Positions 55,667-64,000 of a stretch of 64,000 nucleotides of DNA are shown piece after piece. Source of the stretch: a virus; the IMG/VR virus record IMGVR_UViG_3300045988_180190; one strand, 5' to 3'. The notes beneath the pieces are model-generated. The model saw only the letters and a program-made list of their open reading frames with translations. It was not told the origin of the DNA and searched no databases. Position 1 is the stretch's first letter; every line of letters begins with the position of its first letter. A program made the position numbers and the translations under genes.

Positions 55667-56041
55667 TTAAGATTCTACAAGAAACACATCTCCTATTGGA
55701 GTACTCAAGACATGCAATCCTTCTTTGTCAAGAAAATCTGAGTTTACCCCAAAGTAAAAGCTTTCGCCTTTGTGTTTTACCTTAAAAATATCTATGTCAA
55801 TAATATCTCCAGAGTCATCCAAACCTAATGTATCTTTATAATAAGCTTTTAGTAATGGACTCTTGAACATTTCGGATTTGGTGACTACTGGAGAAACTAA
55901 ACTAGATACATTAAGCTTGTTGACTGAGGCTTGTGGACAACATTGCGTTGCCAGTGCAGCCTGAGTCTTTCTCTTTATCTGTTTTAAAATTTTTAGTTTA
56001 TTGTCCACTTTATTAAACTTTTCTGTAAATAAATTGAACAA
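55667..56041 (-). CDS. hypothetical protein
   Basis: 124-aa ORF. Confidence 0.55.
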   Translation of the reverse strand: MFNLFTEKFNKVDNKLKILKQIKRKTQAALATQCCPQASVNKLNVSSLVSPVVTKSEMFKSPLLKAYYKDTLGLDDSGDIIDIDIFKVKHKGESFYFGVNSDFLDKEGLHVLSTPIGDVFLVES

Positions 56042-56067
56042 ATTAAAAACTAAAAATCAATACATTT

Positions 56068-59000
56068 TTAAACATTTTTCAGTTTTAGCTGAAAAATATC
56101 TGCAGCGCATATTCTAGCTGGCATTACCAAATACCTTGAGTGTACTACCATCATATAATGTTCTCCACTGGCGGTTTTGATCATAACTATATCATACCCA
56201 CAATAGAGATCCTCAATTTTACTTGGATGTTTAGGCATAAACCTAACTACATTAGTATAATCAGGTATACACTTTGAAAGTACGGCTTTGTCTAATAGTG
56301 CAAATAAAAGGTTATCTTGCACTTTAATCCCTTCTTCAAGACTTTCCACTTTTATGATACTCCTACGGGAACTTGTCACTGTGGAATAATCTACAAAGTT
56401 TAAACCTGAGGGATTTGATATTTCTATGCGAGTCCTTTGGTAGTACTCATTTGTTACTAAGTTATTACTATTAAAATAATTATCTAGAGTGTCATTTATA
56501 AATGGTATTTTAGTACAAGCATTTATGTGGTCTAGATCCTTATCTTCATATGGTTTAACGATCCTAGATAAAGCTTTGGATATAATAAGCTTTATGGTGT
56601 CATCTAATTGATCACCGTAGGTTTCTTTAACTCCTATTTTTATCCCATAAAGGAACTCGAGTGCACTTAACAGCATATTGCTTGTGAGCACAGTACATAA
56701 AGAGGTAGACTCCACAATACGTGAAATCGAGTTTTCTTTAAGATAGATTTCCGTGTTAAATACTCCCCCGTTCGCGTATTGACCTTCGTCCAAATAATTC
56801 CTTACTTGATTCAGTTCTTTTGTATCATTCCTAAATATAATTTGGAACAATGCATTACTAAGATCTATAACAGAATACTTTCCGAGTACCGGAGTGAATG
56901 TTTTAATGGAGTCACCCCAAGTATCTTTTACATTGGCGGATTCCGCATTATTTATATACAGCCCCACGATACCCAATATATTGCTGTCATATATTGCCTG
57001 CTGTACAGCACTTTCATAGTTGCCAAGGCACACTCTATAGTTGCATCCCGCAGCACTATGCACTGAAGCTTTATATGCATATATACTTGGACGCGCTGAT
57101 TCCAGATATGTGATTGTATTCACATTTATTGGATCAAAAATCTGGTCAACAATGTCGTCTACATGATCATTGAGTGTATTAGCCTTTTTGCTGTAACCAA
57201 TTATCTTTAGAACTTCGTATCTTTTAGGGCTTTTAGAATAAAGATATATACCCGTGGAAGAGCTTACTTTACCTCTGCTAAAGTCTACTGGAATATATAA
57301 TCCAAGTACTCCAAGTTCATATTGTAAACCCGTCCTAGGATCCGTAATAGGATTTGGTTGGAAGGATACCTCAATACCGTCCTTGCACAGAATTACTTCT
57401 ATAATTTTTTTATTTTTTCTCAGATTATTAATCTGAGTAATTATATTATCGCAAGTGGAGATATCTTGTTCCTTTGTGAAGTCTAAATCCTTACATTCCA
57501 GTAACTTTTTGTTTAGCTCCTCGATTTCTTTTAGCTTTTCATTTCTCGCTTTTATTAAGCTGTTACTGTCGCTAAAGCTATCTAGAAAACGTTGCCAATA
57601 TACGTGGAAGCAATTAGTTTTAGTTATATAATTGATGAGTGCCTGCGTTGTAACACCTTTTAAGTGTACTATATCGTTGAGACACAACATTGTAGAGTTA
57701 TAATCCTCATCGTATTCTATTAGATCTCCTAAATCCATGCTAAGGTCACCTCGGATCTTAGATACCCAGTCCATATACATATGGGGATGCTTAAATGCAT
57801 TTCTTATAACTATTTTACTTATATTGTTTTGAAATATATAAGGTTCTAGCCTGTTGCTAAGATACTTAATCTGCTGTACTTTTTGATCATTAGTAGTAGT
57901 GATATCAACAAGTATTTCGGATAAAGCAATCTGGAAATTAAGATCTCTAATTTTTCCCGCGTCTCCATTACTGACTGCTACTGGTAAGGATAACTGTGCT
58001 GCTACTGGATTGAAAATTCCATAGATAGCCTCCATGTTTTGCGAAAACAGTAGTAGGTCACTATAGTAGAACATTTCGAACTTGTCCGCCATCGGTGTTA
58101 TATCTACAAAGTCAAACAAATTTGTGTATCCAATGTCTAACTTTGGGTATATACGCCTCCAATTATACGACTGCGTATAAGGTCGCATATCAACAATTTC
58201 AGACTTATCCGGAACTAATCCCATTAACATGCTTTGGTGACACTCTTTTCTGTCTCTTGTATCTGGGACGGACATTGTTGGACCGTTATAGAAACAATCT
58301 TTCAGGTATTCTATCAATTTACTTCCCTTGTATTCTTCTAGGGAATTATCCATTGCCACATTAAATACTTGTGCTAGATTCCTTGAGGAAGAATACTTAT
58401 CTCGTTGTATTGTGTAGACACCTTGGATCCCTTTCCACCTAAAAATTTTATGCCCGTTTTCTACACGGGTTTGGAAAGGTAGCGCTTTGTAGGCCACGGG
58501 TAGTGACGCAACTGTTAGTATTTGGGTAACACTTTTTACCCTGAATGCTTTCATATCCAGATATATATTATCTGGAATGTAAACTTTTAGATTTGTGTGA
58601 GGCAACACTTCTGTGGGAAAATCTGAAATAGTATTTTTCCATTCTGCTACCGTTTTATCTTTATTTATCGCATAATCATACGTTATAAAGTTGAGGGATA
58701 TAGCTTTGTATTGAGCTTCTTTATTTTTTGAATACTCATGGAACGCGTCTAACAGTTCGTTTAAATAGTCCAAGTTCTTTATCAACTGTAGATACGCTAT
58801 GATATAAAAATTACCTTCATTTAGGTCTAATACTATATCTTTTATAAGTTCGGAAAAATCCAACAATCCCTCCAAAGTCATCCTGTTAGGAAGATAGAGG
58901 TTATTGTACAATTTATCTCCAAAATCAACTCCACGCATTAGGAGCTGACAAAGATATCCATTGACATTTCTTGCTATTGCTTCACTGGTAGTCCTCTTAT

Positions 59001-59871
59001 TCTTTAAGAATTGTATATCTTGAAAGAATACCAAATGCCTACTTAAATTTTTTCTAAGGAGAGCATATTTTTTACCTGTTTTAACTTGGTCTATTAGATC
59101 ATCGAATAGCGTTTTAATGATATAACTTTTTGATTCATTAAACGTATTCAGTTTTTCAGCTATTTTATTTAGTTGTGTAGTATCGCTTGCTGATAAATAT
59201 TGTTTCAGTATTTTAAGATAATAAGAGGGATCCACAAATGGTATAAAAATTCTTTCATCTCTGGAATTAAAAAATAAAATTGTGTCAGTCTTGGACTTTG
59301 GCCATATCTTTACACATCCAAATGGGAAGCACTCGTTGCGACTTGATGGGTCAAACGTACTACTGCATCCTGTGATGTTAAACTTATCTAAATCTTCTGT
59401 ATACCCAGAAAACAGTTGCACTTCATTAAATAGTGGACGCAGTACCTTGAACCTATCTAATAATTTAGAGTCATTATCTCCAAATATATCATCTATAAAT
59501 TTGCCTATTACAGGAAAAATACAGTATGGATTATTATAATTAAAAAATAGGTCCGTCTCTTTTCTAGATAGAGATGGTTCCTTCCACACGTCTAAAAGCT
59601 TCTTTTCATCTATCTCCAATAAACCTGACTTAGTATTAAGCTCAAGTTCAGATACTTCGGTATCTTCTATTTGTGTGGAGTCTACGTTAAACATTGCGTA
59701 GATTCCCATTAGCCAATTAAATGAGTCTTTTTTCGGAATAGTTTTCAAATATTCCACAGTTGCCATCGGAACCTCCATGAGAATACGGTTCCTGTAAGGA
59801 ATGGAATAGCTGAACTGTTTCTTAAGTTTTACATTACGCTTTTTCTTATTAAAAATATCATCAATTGTCAT
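56068..59871 (-). CDS. very large hypothetical protein; weak candidate for the missing RNAP beta-prime C-terminal part
   Basis: 1267-aa ORF. Residues 297-316 AIARNVNGYLCQLLMRGVD resemble the bridge helix ALKTANSGYLTRRLVDV at about the expected distance after DFDGD. Confidence 0.7.
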   Translation of the reverse strand: MTIDDIFNKKKRNVKLKKQFSYSIPYRNRILMEVPMATVEYLKTIPKKDSFNWLMGIYAMFNVDSTQIEDTEVSELELNTKSGLLEIDEKKLLDVWKEPSLSRKETDLFFNYNNPYCIFPVIGKFIDDIFGDNDSKLLDRFKVLRPLFNEVQLFSGYTEDLDKFNITGCSSTFDPSSRNECFPFGCVKIWPKSKTDTILFFNSRDERIFIPFVDPSYYLKILKQYLSASDTTQLNKIAEKLNTFNESKSYIIKTLFDDLIDQVKTGKKYALLRKNLSRHLVFFQDIQFLKNKRTTSEAIARNVNGYLCQLLMRGVDFGDKLYNNLYLPNRMTLEGLLDFSELIKDIVLDLNEGNFYIIAYLQLIKNLDYLNELLDAFHEYSKNKEAQYKAISLNFITYDYAINKDKTVAEWKNTISDFPTEVLPHTNLKVYIPDNIYLDMKAFRVKSVTQILTVASLPVAYKALPFQTRVENGHKIFRWKGIQGVYTIQRDKYSSSRNLAQVFNVAMDNSLEEYKGSKLIEYLKDCFYNGPTMSVPDTRDRKECHQSMLMGLVPDKSEIVDMRPYTQSYNWRRIYPKLDIGYTNLFDFVDITPMADKFEMFYYSDLLLFSQNMEAIYGIFNPVAAQLSLPVAVSNGDAGKIRDLNFQIALSEILVDITTTNDQKVQQIKYLSNRLEPYIFQNNISKIVIRNAFKHPHMYMDWVSKIRGDLSMDLGDLIEYDEDYNSTMLCLNDIVHLKGVTTQALINYITKTNCFHVYWQRFLDSFSDSNSLIKARNEKLKEIEELNKKLLECKDLDFTKEQDISTCDNIITQINNLRKNKKIIEVILCKDGIEVSFQPNPITDPRTGLQYELGVLGLYIPVDFSRGKVSSSTGIYLYSKSPKRYEVLKIIGYSKKANTLNDHVDDIVDQIFDPINVNTITYLESARPSIYAYKASVHSAAGCNYRVCLGNYESAVQQAIYDSNILGIVGLYINNAESANVKDTWGDSIKTFTPVLGKYSVIDLSNALFQIIFRNDTKELNQVRNYLDEGQYANGGVFNTEIYLKENSISRIVESTSLCTVLTSNMLLSALEFLYGIKIGVKETYGDQLDDTIKLIISKALSRIVKPYEDKDLDHINACTKIPFINDTLDNYFNSNNLVTNEYYQRTRIEISNPSGLNFVDYSTVTSSRRSIIKVESLEEGIKVQDNLLFALLDKAVLSKCIPDYTNVVRFMPKHPSKIEDLYCGYDIVMIKTASGEHYMMVVHSRYLVMPARICAADIFQLKLKNV

Positions 59872-59896
59872 CGTAATTTCTCTTCCTTTCTAAATT

Positions 59897-59929
59897 AAAA
59901 AAGGGAGCTATAGATTTTCTATAGCTCCC
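59897..59929 (-). terminator. hairpin terminator
   Basis: GGGAGCTATAG-aaaat-CTATAGCTCCC followed by T6 (minus strand). Confidence 0.75.
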
Positions 59930-59954
59930 CGACACGGTTAAAATTTAATACAGA

Positions 59955-60455
59955 CTAGTTACCCTTAGATTGAGTGGCAATCTGAATGAAATCGCCGTCA
60001 TTCGGAACTATGAATGCAGCGTCGCCAGAGATATTATCTCCAGCACCATTCAGACGCACGTCCCACATTCCGCTTTCTACGTCTATACGAACATCCGGGA
60101 AATTGTCCAGGATCATCTTTACACTCCAGTTAGACGGTACAGTTACTTCCCTAAGCTGTGATTGGAACGGCACTACCGTGACCGTTTTTGTTGCAGCCGG
60201 TGTTTCCGCTTCATCTTCTGCCGTGGCACGGTTGGTTTCTTCTTCTTGAGGTTCTTCTACCTGTGTTTCTTCTTCGACTGTGTTGATATAGTTTATCACG
60301 TCTTCCTTCAAAGAGCTGAAGGAACCCCAGTACTGGTACATATCGCCTTCAGATATTATCTTATTCCTTCCACGAATAATGCGGTCCCTTATGAGTTTGG
60401 AAACGTTGTAGTTGATGGATTCTGCTATAGTTTCGATGATTTCGTTCTTTGTCAT
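59955..60455 (-). CDS. putative ubiquitin-like (ThiS/MoaD-type beta-grasp) protein with an HU/IHF-like N-terminal segment
   Basis: C-terminus VRLNGAGDNISGDAAFIVPNDGDFIQIATQSKGN resembles ThiS/MoaD tails (..GD.I.I....GG). N-terminus MTKNEIIETIAES...GDMYQYWGSFS resembles IHF/HU. Confidence 0.4.
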   Translation of the reverse strand: MTKNEIIETIAESINYNVSKLIRDRIIRGRNKIISEGDMYQYWGSFSSLKEDVINYINTVEEETQVEEPQEEETNRATAEDEAETPAATKTVTVVPFQSQLREVTVPSNWSVKMILDNFPDVRIDVESGMWDVRLNGAGDNISGDAAFIVPNDGDFIQIATQSKGN

Positions 60456-60549
60456 ATTGTTTATTCCTTTTTTGTTATTGATTGATTGTTGACTAGTTGT
60501 TGATTGATTAATGATTGGTTATTAATTGGTTTTTAATTGCTTGTTAGTA

Positions 60550-61263
60550 CTACACCCTATACATAAAGTTAAAGTTAGGGCAAACAGAAAATAAAAGTTC
60601 AAACTCTGGGAAAATTTTTACCTTTTCTTCAGTCTGATCTTTTTGTGATACAGTCCATTTAATAAACTGCCATACAGCCATGGAAGCTACCATAGAAGAA
60701 GAGGCTCCCATCATTAGTTTAGTTCCACATTCACTAGTCTCAGCTTGGTCATCCGAGTACAGTGTCTTTTCCCAACGTGTTTGTCCGACTATGTCAGTAG
60801 GATTAAATGTATATACCCTACCTTGTGTTGCGGACAAGCGTGTCTCAACACATATTTTTGTTAACGAATATTTTAAGCAGTTTTCGTATATCTCCTTTCT
60901 TGATGCCATTGTGTCGGTTAATAGAAATACAACATCCCCTAAAGTACCTGTGGAGCTATCCACAAATTCTTTATGTGTTATAATGTCTATATCCGTTATT
61001 GATTTGATAAGTTGTTTTAGCGCTTCAACTTTTGGTTTCCCAACGTCTCCAACACCATACAACTGATTGGGAAGATTGTGGCTTTCCACCTCATCGTTAT
61101 CCCACACATGGATATTTTTTATACCCATTTTTGCTAACTGTAAAACGACATAGGAGCCAGTGGCACCAGCTCCTATAACGTCTATACGCAAATTTTTACT
61201 ATTGAATTGGTGCGGGTCAAGGAAGTGTGCTTGCCTTTCAAAATCAATTTGTTCAAAATTCAT
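60550..61263 (-). CDS. ThiF/MoeB/E1-like adenylyltransferase
   Basis: VIGAGATGS nucleotide loop, VWDNDEVESHNLPNQ (cf. D.D.V..SNL.RQ), GKPKVEAL, LLTDTMASR. Confidence 0.7.
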   Translation of the reverse strand: MNFEQIDFERQAHFLDPHQFNSKNLRIDVIGAGATGSYVVLQLAKMGIKNIHVWDNDEVESHNLPNQLYGVGDVGKPKVEALKQLIKSITDIDIITHKEFVDSSTGTLGDVVFLLTDTMASRKEIYENCLKYSLTKICVETRLSATQGRVYTFNPTDIVGQTRWEKTLYSDDQAETSECGTKLMMGASSSMVASMAVWQFIKWTVSQKDQTEEKVKIFPEFELLFSVCPNFNFMYRV

Positions 61264-61266
61264 ATG

Positions 61267-62043
61267 TTATTTAAAAAACTCCTTATTTGTCAGTTTCCCT
61301 ATTTCTCTAGACTCTTCAGGTTGCTTTAATATAACTCCTTCGTCACAATTCGGTTTTTGATAATCTTTTGATAGTGCGTTATCGAAAGGGTGACCCCAGT
61401 GACTGCAATTACTGGATGCATCAGCCTTGTCCATATATGAAGAAGTTTTCCAACTCCCAATACTATAGTAACTTGGCTTGGGTTTTATCTCGGAAACTTT
61501 AGTCCTTATATCCTCAAGAATTTCCGTAATAGTTTCATCTGGAAGATTCCATTTTGTTTTAACCTCAAGATCTTCGTAAGCGATTCCATGTTCAAAATCA
61601 TAGAAATCTACTCTTATGTCTCCTCGTTTATTAAATATAGCCGCAATAAGATACGGTTTTGTTTTAAACGTTAGCGCATTACTTAAATCTTGTCCACTAG
61701 GGGACACTGACATATCTACGTGGGAATGACCCCAGAAGTTTAAAGAGTTTAATCGCTGCTTCTTCTGAGCATTTGTAAGCGTGTTATCTTGAATGATACT
61801 AGAGGTTAGCTCATTAAGACCTTCTGCCGACTGCTCAGTAGTTGTAGCACTACGCTCTTGCTTTGTAATAAATACATCCGTAATAACATATATCTCACTA
61901 TTGGGATTATGGGAAACACTTCCCATAAATCCAATTTCCATAGGCTCATGGTCCACAATGAACCTTATTTTTTCAAAAGCATGGGAATCAATATAAACTT
62001 TTGGTATAAAAAATTTTTCTGTATCAAGAATTTTTATATTCAT
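61267..62043 (-). CDS. JAB/MPN (JAMM) metallopeptidase
   Basis: EPMEIGFMG plus FWGHSHVDMSVSPSGQD (H-x-H-x7-S-x2-D). Confidence 0.75.
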   Translation of the reverse strand: MNIKILDTEKFFIPKVYIDSHAFEKIRFIVDHEPMEIGFMGSVSHNPNSEIYVITDVFITKQERSATTTEQSAEGLNELTSSIIQDNTLTNAQKKQRLNSLNFWGHSHVDMSVSPSGQDLSNALTFKTKPYLIAAIFNKRGDIRVDFYDFEHGIAYEDLEVKTKWNLPDETITEILEDIRTKVSEIKPKPSYYSIGSWKTSSYMDKADASSNCSHWGHPFDNALSKDYQKPNCDEGVILKQPEESREIGKLTNKEFFK

Positions 62044-62048
62044 AGTTA

Positions 62049-62612
62049 TTACTTTCCAGTTGATCCGAACCCACCCAAATTACGCTCACTTTTACTAAGT
62101 TCCCCATTACGCTGAAACTCTACGTGCACAGTGGGTTCAAACTTTACCTGTGCAATACGATCTCCCTTATGGTACGTCATTGGACGGTTACTGATTATAT
62201 ATTCGTCTACTGCACGTTTAAAAATAGATTTCCATCTCTTACACAAACCTATAGCTCCAGAGTCATTTAGATCTTGTGTTTTCGTTTTTTCGATTCCTAT
62301 TTTCAATGCATTTAGCATAGTAATCCCCGGTAATTTATAAAGCACTACACCCCATTCATTACGGTAGTCACTGTCAATAGTTCCAGCCTTTACAGTTACC
62401 CTGGAACCAACGGGCATTGAACTGCGCTCTAGCAATCTTGCCCCATACCCAGCTGGGATTTCTGTATGAAGACCCGTTTTTGCTATTACGAGTTCCCCAG
62501 GGAAGATTGTAACATCTTCCTCTAGGTATACATCAGCGCAATGGGCGCCTTTGGATTTATATTCGGGAGCTTTTGCAGCCCCAGTGTATTTTACAATAAT
62601 TTTTGTATCCAT
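62049..62612 (-). CDS. dut: dUTPase with an internal insertion
   Basis: Motif 3 AGTIDSDYRNE, motif 4 GDRIAQ, motif 5 GGFGSTG. Confidence 0.85.
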   Translation of the reverse strand: MDTKIIVKYTGAAKAPEYKSKGAHCADVYLEEDVTIFPGELVIAKTGLHTEIPAGYGARLLERSSMPVGSRVTVKAGTIDSDYRNEWGVVLYKLPGITMLNALKIGIEKTKTQDLNDSGAIGLCKRWKSIFKRAVDEYIISNRPMTYHKGDRIAQVKFEPTVHVEFQRNGELSKSERNLGGFGSTGK

Positions 62613-62645
62613 TTATATAGTATACGTTTAATGTTTCTATTTTTT

Positions 62646-63116
62646 TTAGAGTGAAAGCCCTAACTTTTCCTTACACACTTCATAAATTTCTTTTGTAATT
62701 TCAGTTACATCCAAAATTTTAAAGTAGTAAGAAGTTCCTTCTAAGTGAAAAAATCTATCACTATCCTCACTTATCACAATATTCAAAGTTTCTCCCCAAT
62801 CAAATTGGTCGTTTAAGATTTCCCATACACCTGTATCAGGTTCTTCGATAAACTCTTCTAAGGTAACAGTAGGAGGACTAAACACCGAAGAATCAAAGCA
62901 AATAACTTGCTTTCCTATAAAGACCAATTCGCTTGTGTCTACTTTTTCGGAGTATTCACCGGATATTTCCTTTATAGCATGTGCATTAGCCATACCCATC
63001 TCGTCTGACGTTGCTTCAGGCTCTTCTTCATAGTAAGAGTCTTCCCCATAGTCTTCAGGTTCTATCCATTGTTCTATCGCTACTAAGTAAAATTTCTTAT
63101 CATCCTCAGTATCCAT
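62646..63116 (-). CDS. acidic hypothetical protein
   Basis: 156-aa ORF rich in D/E. Confidence 0.55.
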   Translation of the reverse strand: MDTEDDKKFYLVAIEQWIEPEDYGEDSYYEEEPEATSDEMGMANAHAIKEISGEYSEKVDTSELVFIGKQVICFDSSVFSPPTVTLEEFIEEPDTGVWEILNDQFDWGETLNIVISEDSDRFFHLEGTSYYFKILDVTEITKEIYEVCKEKLGLSL

Positions 63117-63120
63117 AAGT

Positions 63121-64000
63121 TTATAGTTTAAAATTTTCTACATTCTCAAGTATATCTATAGTATATCCTAGATTTTTATATGCATTAAGTCTTAAGAAAG
63201 AATCTCTTACAACCATAGCATCACCACCCGCAGGATTACAGCTAGAAGTCGGTGTAAATAGAAAATCTATCATTATACCTTCTTTTTTATTCGGTTTGAT
63301 CTCTGCAAGTCTTCCTGGTTTTTGAGTAGCCATTATTCCGGCACCCCCGCCACAACAATTAATTTCACATCGCAATTCGTCAATAGTTACCCCAGTTGAA
63401 TATATGTTTGAGCAAATACATCTTTTTATTTCATTAGATTTCATTTTTGCAAACAAGTCATGACGCTCTTTTTTGTTCTTCATAAGTTTGTCCATAGCAA
63501 TAACACTTTGATTCACAAACGTTGATAGTGTTTCAGCTTGCTTGGAATTCTCAATAAAGACAAGCGTCTGGTAGTCTGCAGGAATTATATTGTTACAAAT
63601 ATTTCCAACTAAAGCATTAAATTCAGAATTTTGCTGTACTATATACTTATAAGCCAAGTCTCTCCTAGTATAATTCTTTGGGCTGAAAGGTACTTTTATC
63701 ATATACACGTGTATTGGACATAGTGCACCAAGTGCAACACACTCAGCATACGTGGTTTCAGATAAAATGGGACCCATGATTCCGGTAATAAGAATATCTT
63801 CCCCTCCCCAGCGACCATCAGTAGTGGCTCCAAACCCCAATATTCTGGCATTGGAAAATCTTGGGAAAAAAGGTGCTCTACTTTCGGTGACTGCAGCATG
63901 GGGCTCATCTACTAAAACTAATTTTGTATTTTCAAAATCTAGTTTATGCATTGAGTCCAAAGAGCATACCGTAATATCTTCAGAGGGGTACTTATTTTTA
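63121..64000 (-). CDS. SF2 helicase, C-terminal part (ORF open to the window edge)
   Basis: LVLVDEPHAA (motif II). The frame stays open upstream of the annotated Met to position 64000. Confidence 0.6.
   Translation of the reverse strand, partial: KNKYPSEDITVCSLDSMHKLDFENTKLVLVDEPHAAVTESRAPFFPRFSNARILGFGATTDGRWGGEDILITGIMGPILSETTYAECVALGALCPIHVYMIKVPFSPKNYTRRDLAYKYIVQQNSEFNALVGNICNNIIPADYQTLVFIENSKQAETLSTFVNQSVIAMDKLMKNKKERHDLFAKMKSNEIKRCICSNIYSTGVTIDELRCEINCCGGGAGIMATQKPGRLAEIKPNKKEGIMIDFLFTPTSSCNPAGGDAMVVRDSFLRLNAYKNLGYTIDILENVENFKL

Noticed and set aside
1-64000. Stop-codon reassignment (as in some large gut phages)
   Set aside because: Long ORFs are intact under the standard code. TAA (e.g. 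40337), TAG (e.g. 588, 35464) and TGA (48503) each terminate well-supported genes at sensible positions.
1-64000. Assignment to crAss-like phages on the basis of intein richness and PolA
   Set aside because: The polymerase genes here are beta/beta-prime type with NADFDGD-like and GDK..RHGNKG-like motifs, not the crAss-type giant polymerase. Shine-Dalgarno sites are common. Taxonomic and host assignment are left open.

Overview
The window looks like a densely packed, AT-rich segment of a large tailed dsDNA phage genome. It holds about 60 genes, and all but two are on the minus strand. The standard genetic code fits: TAA, TAG and TGA all end long ORFs, and GGAG-like Shine-Dalgarno sites precede many starts.

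Recognisable content:
- A multisubunit (beta/beta-prime type) RNA polymerase split into at least three dispersed genes. One is a beta-C/beta-prime-N fusion that stops just after the DFDGD catalytic motif.
- Replication and nucleotide metabolism genes: family A DNA polymerase with an N-terminal UDG-like domain and 3'-5' exonuclease, class II-like ribonucleotide reductase, Toprim primase, DnaB-like helicase, RecA-like and RecQ-like proteins, an SF2 helicase (partial), ThyX, dUTPase and an MT-A70 methyltransferase.
- A probable virion/ejection block (about 16.5-31.5 kb) rich in glycine-zipper proteins.
- One tRNA-Asn(GTT).
- A stand-alone IS605-type TnpB with a hairpin-rich putative omega RNA region.

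Four inteins interrupt the most conserved catalytic motifs: two in the RNAP beta fragments, one in PolA motif B, and one in the RNR NPCGE motif.

Most unusual observations:
- A JAB peptidase + E1-like + putative beta-grasp gene triad (59.9-62.0 kb).
- A 4-8.3 kb array of accessory cassettes. Each is bracketed by the same promoter/stem-loop module and a hairpin terminator. Several cargo genes, the ones examined, are GC-rich and look foreign: beta-helix paralogues, a pentapeptide-repeat protein and others; a GNAT cassette was not checked for composition.
- Three GC-rich, hairpin-dense non-coding islands that look like structured RNAs (6.2-6.6 kb, 50.1-50.5 kb, 55.1-55.6 kb).

All functional calls come from motif recognition by eye. 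No searches were run.
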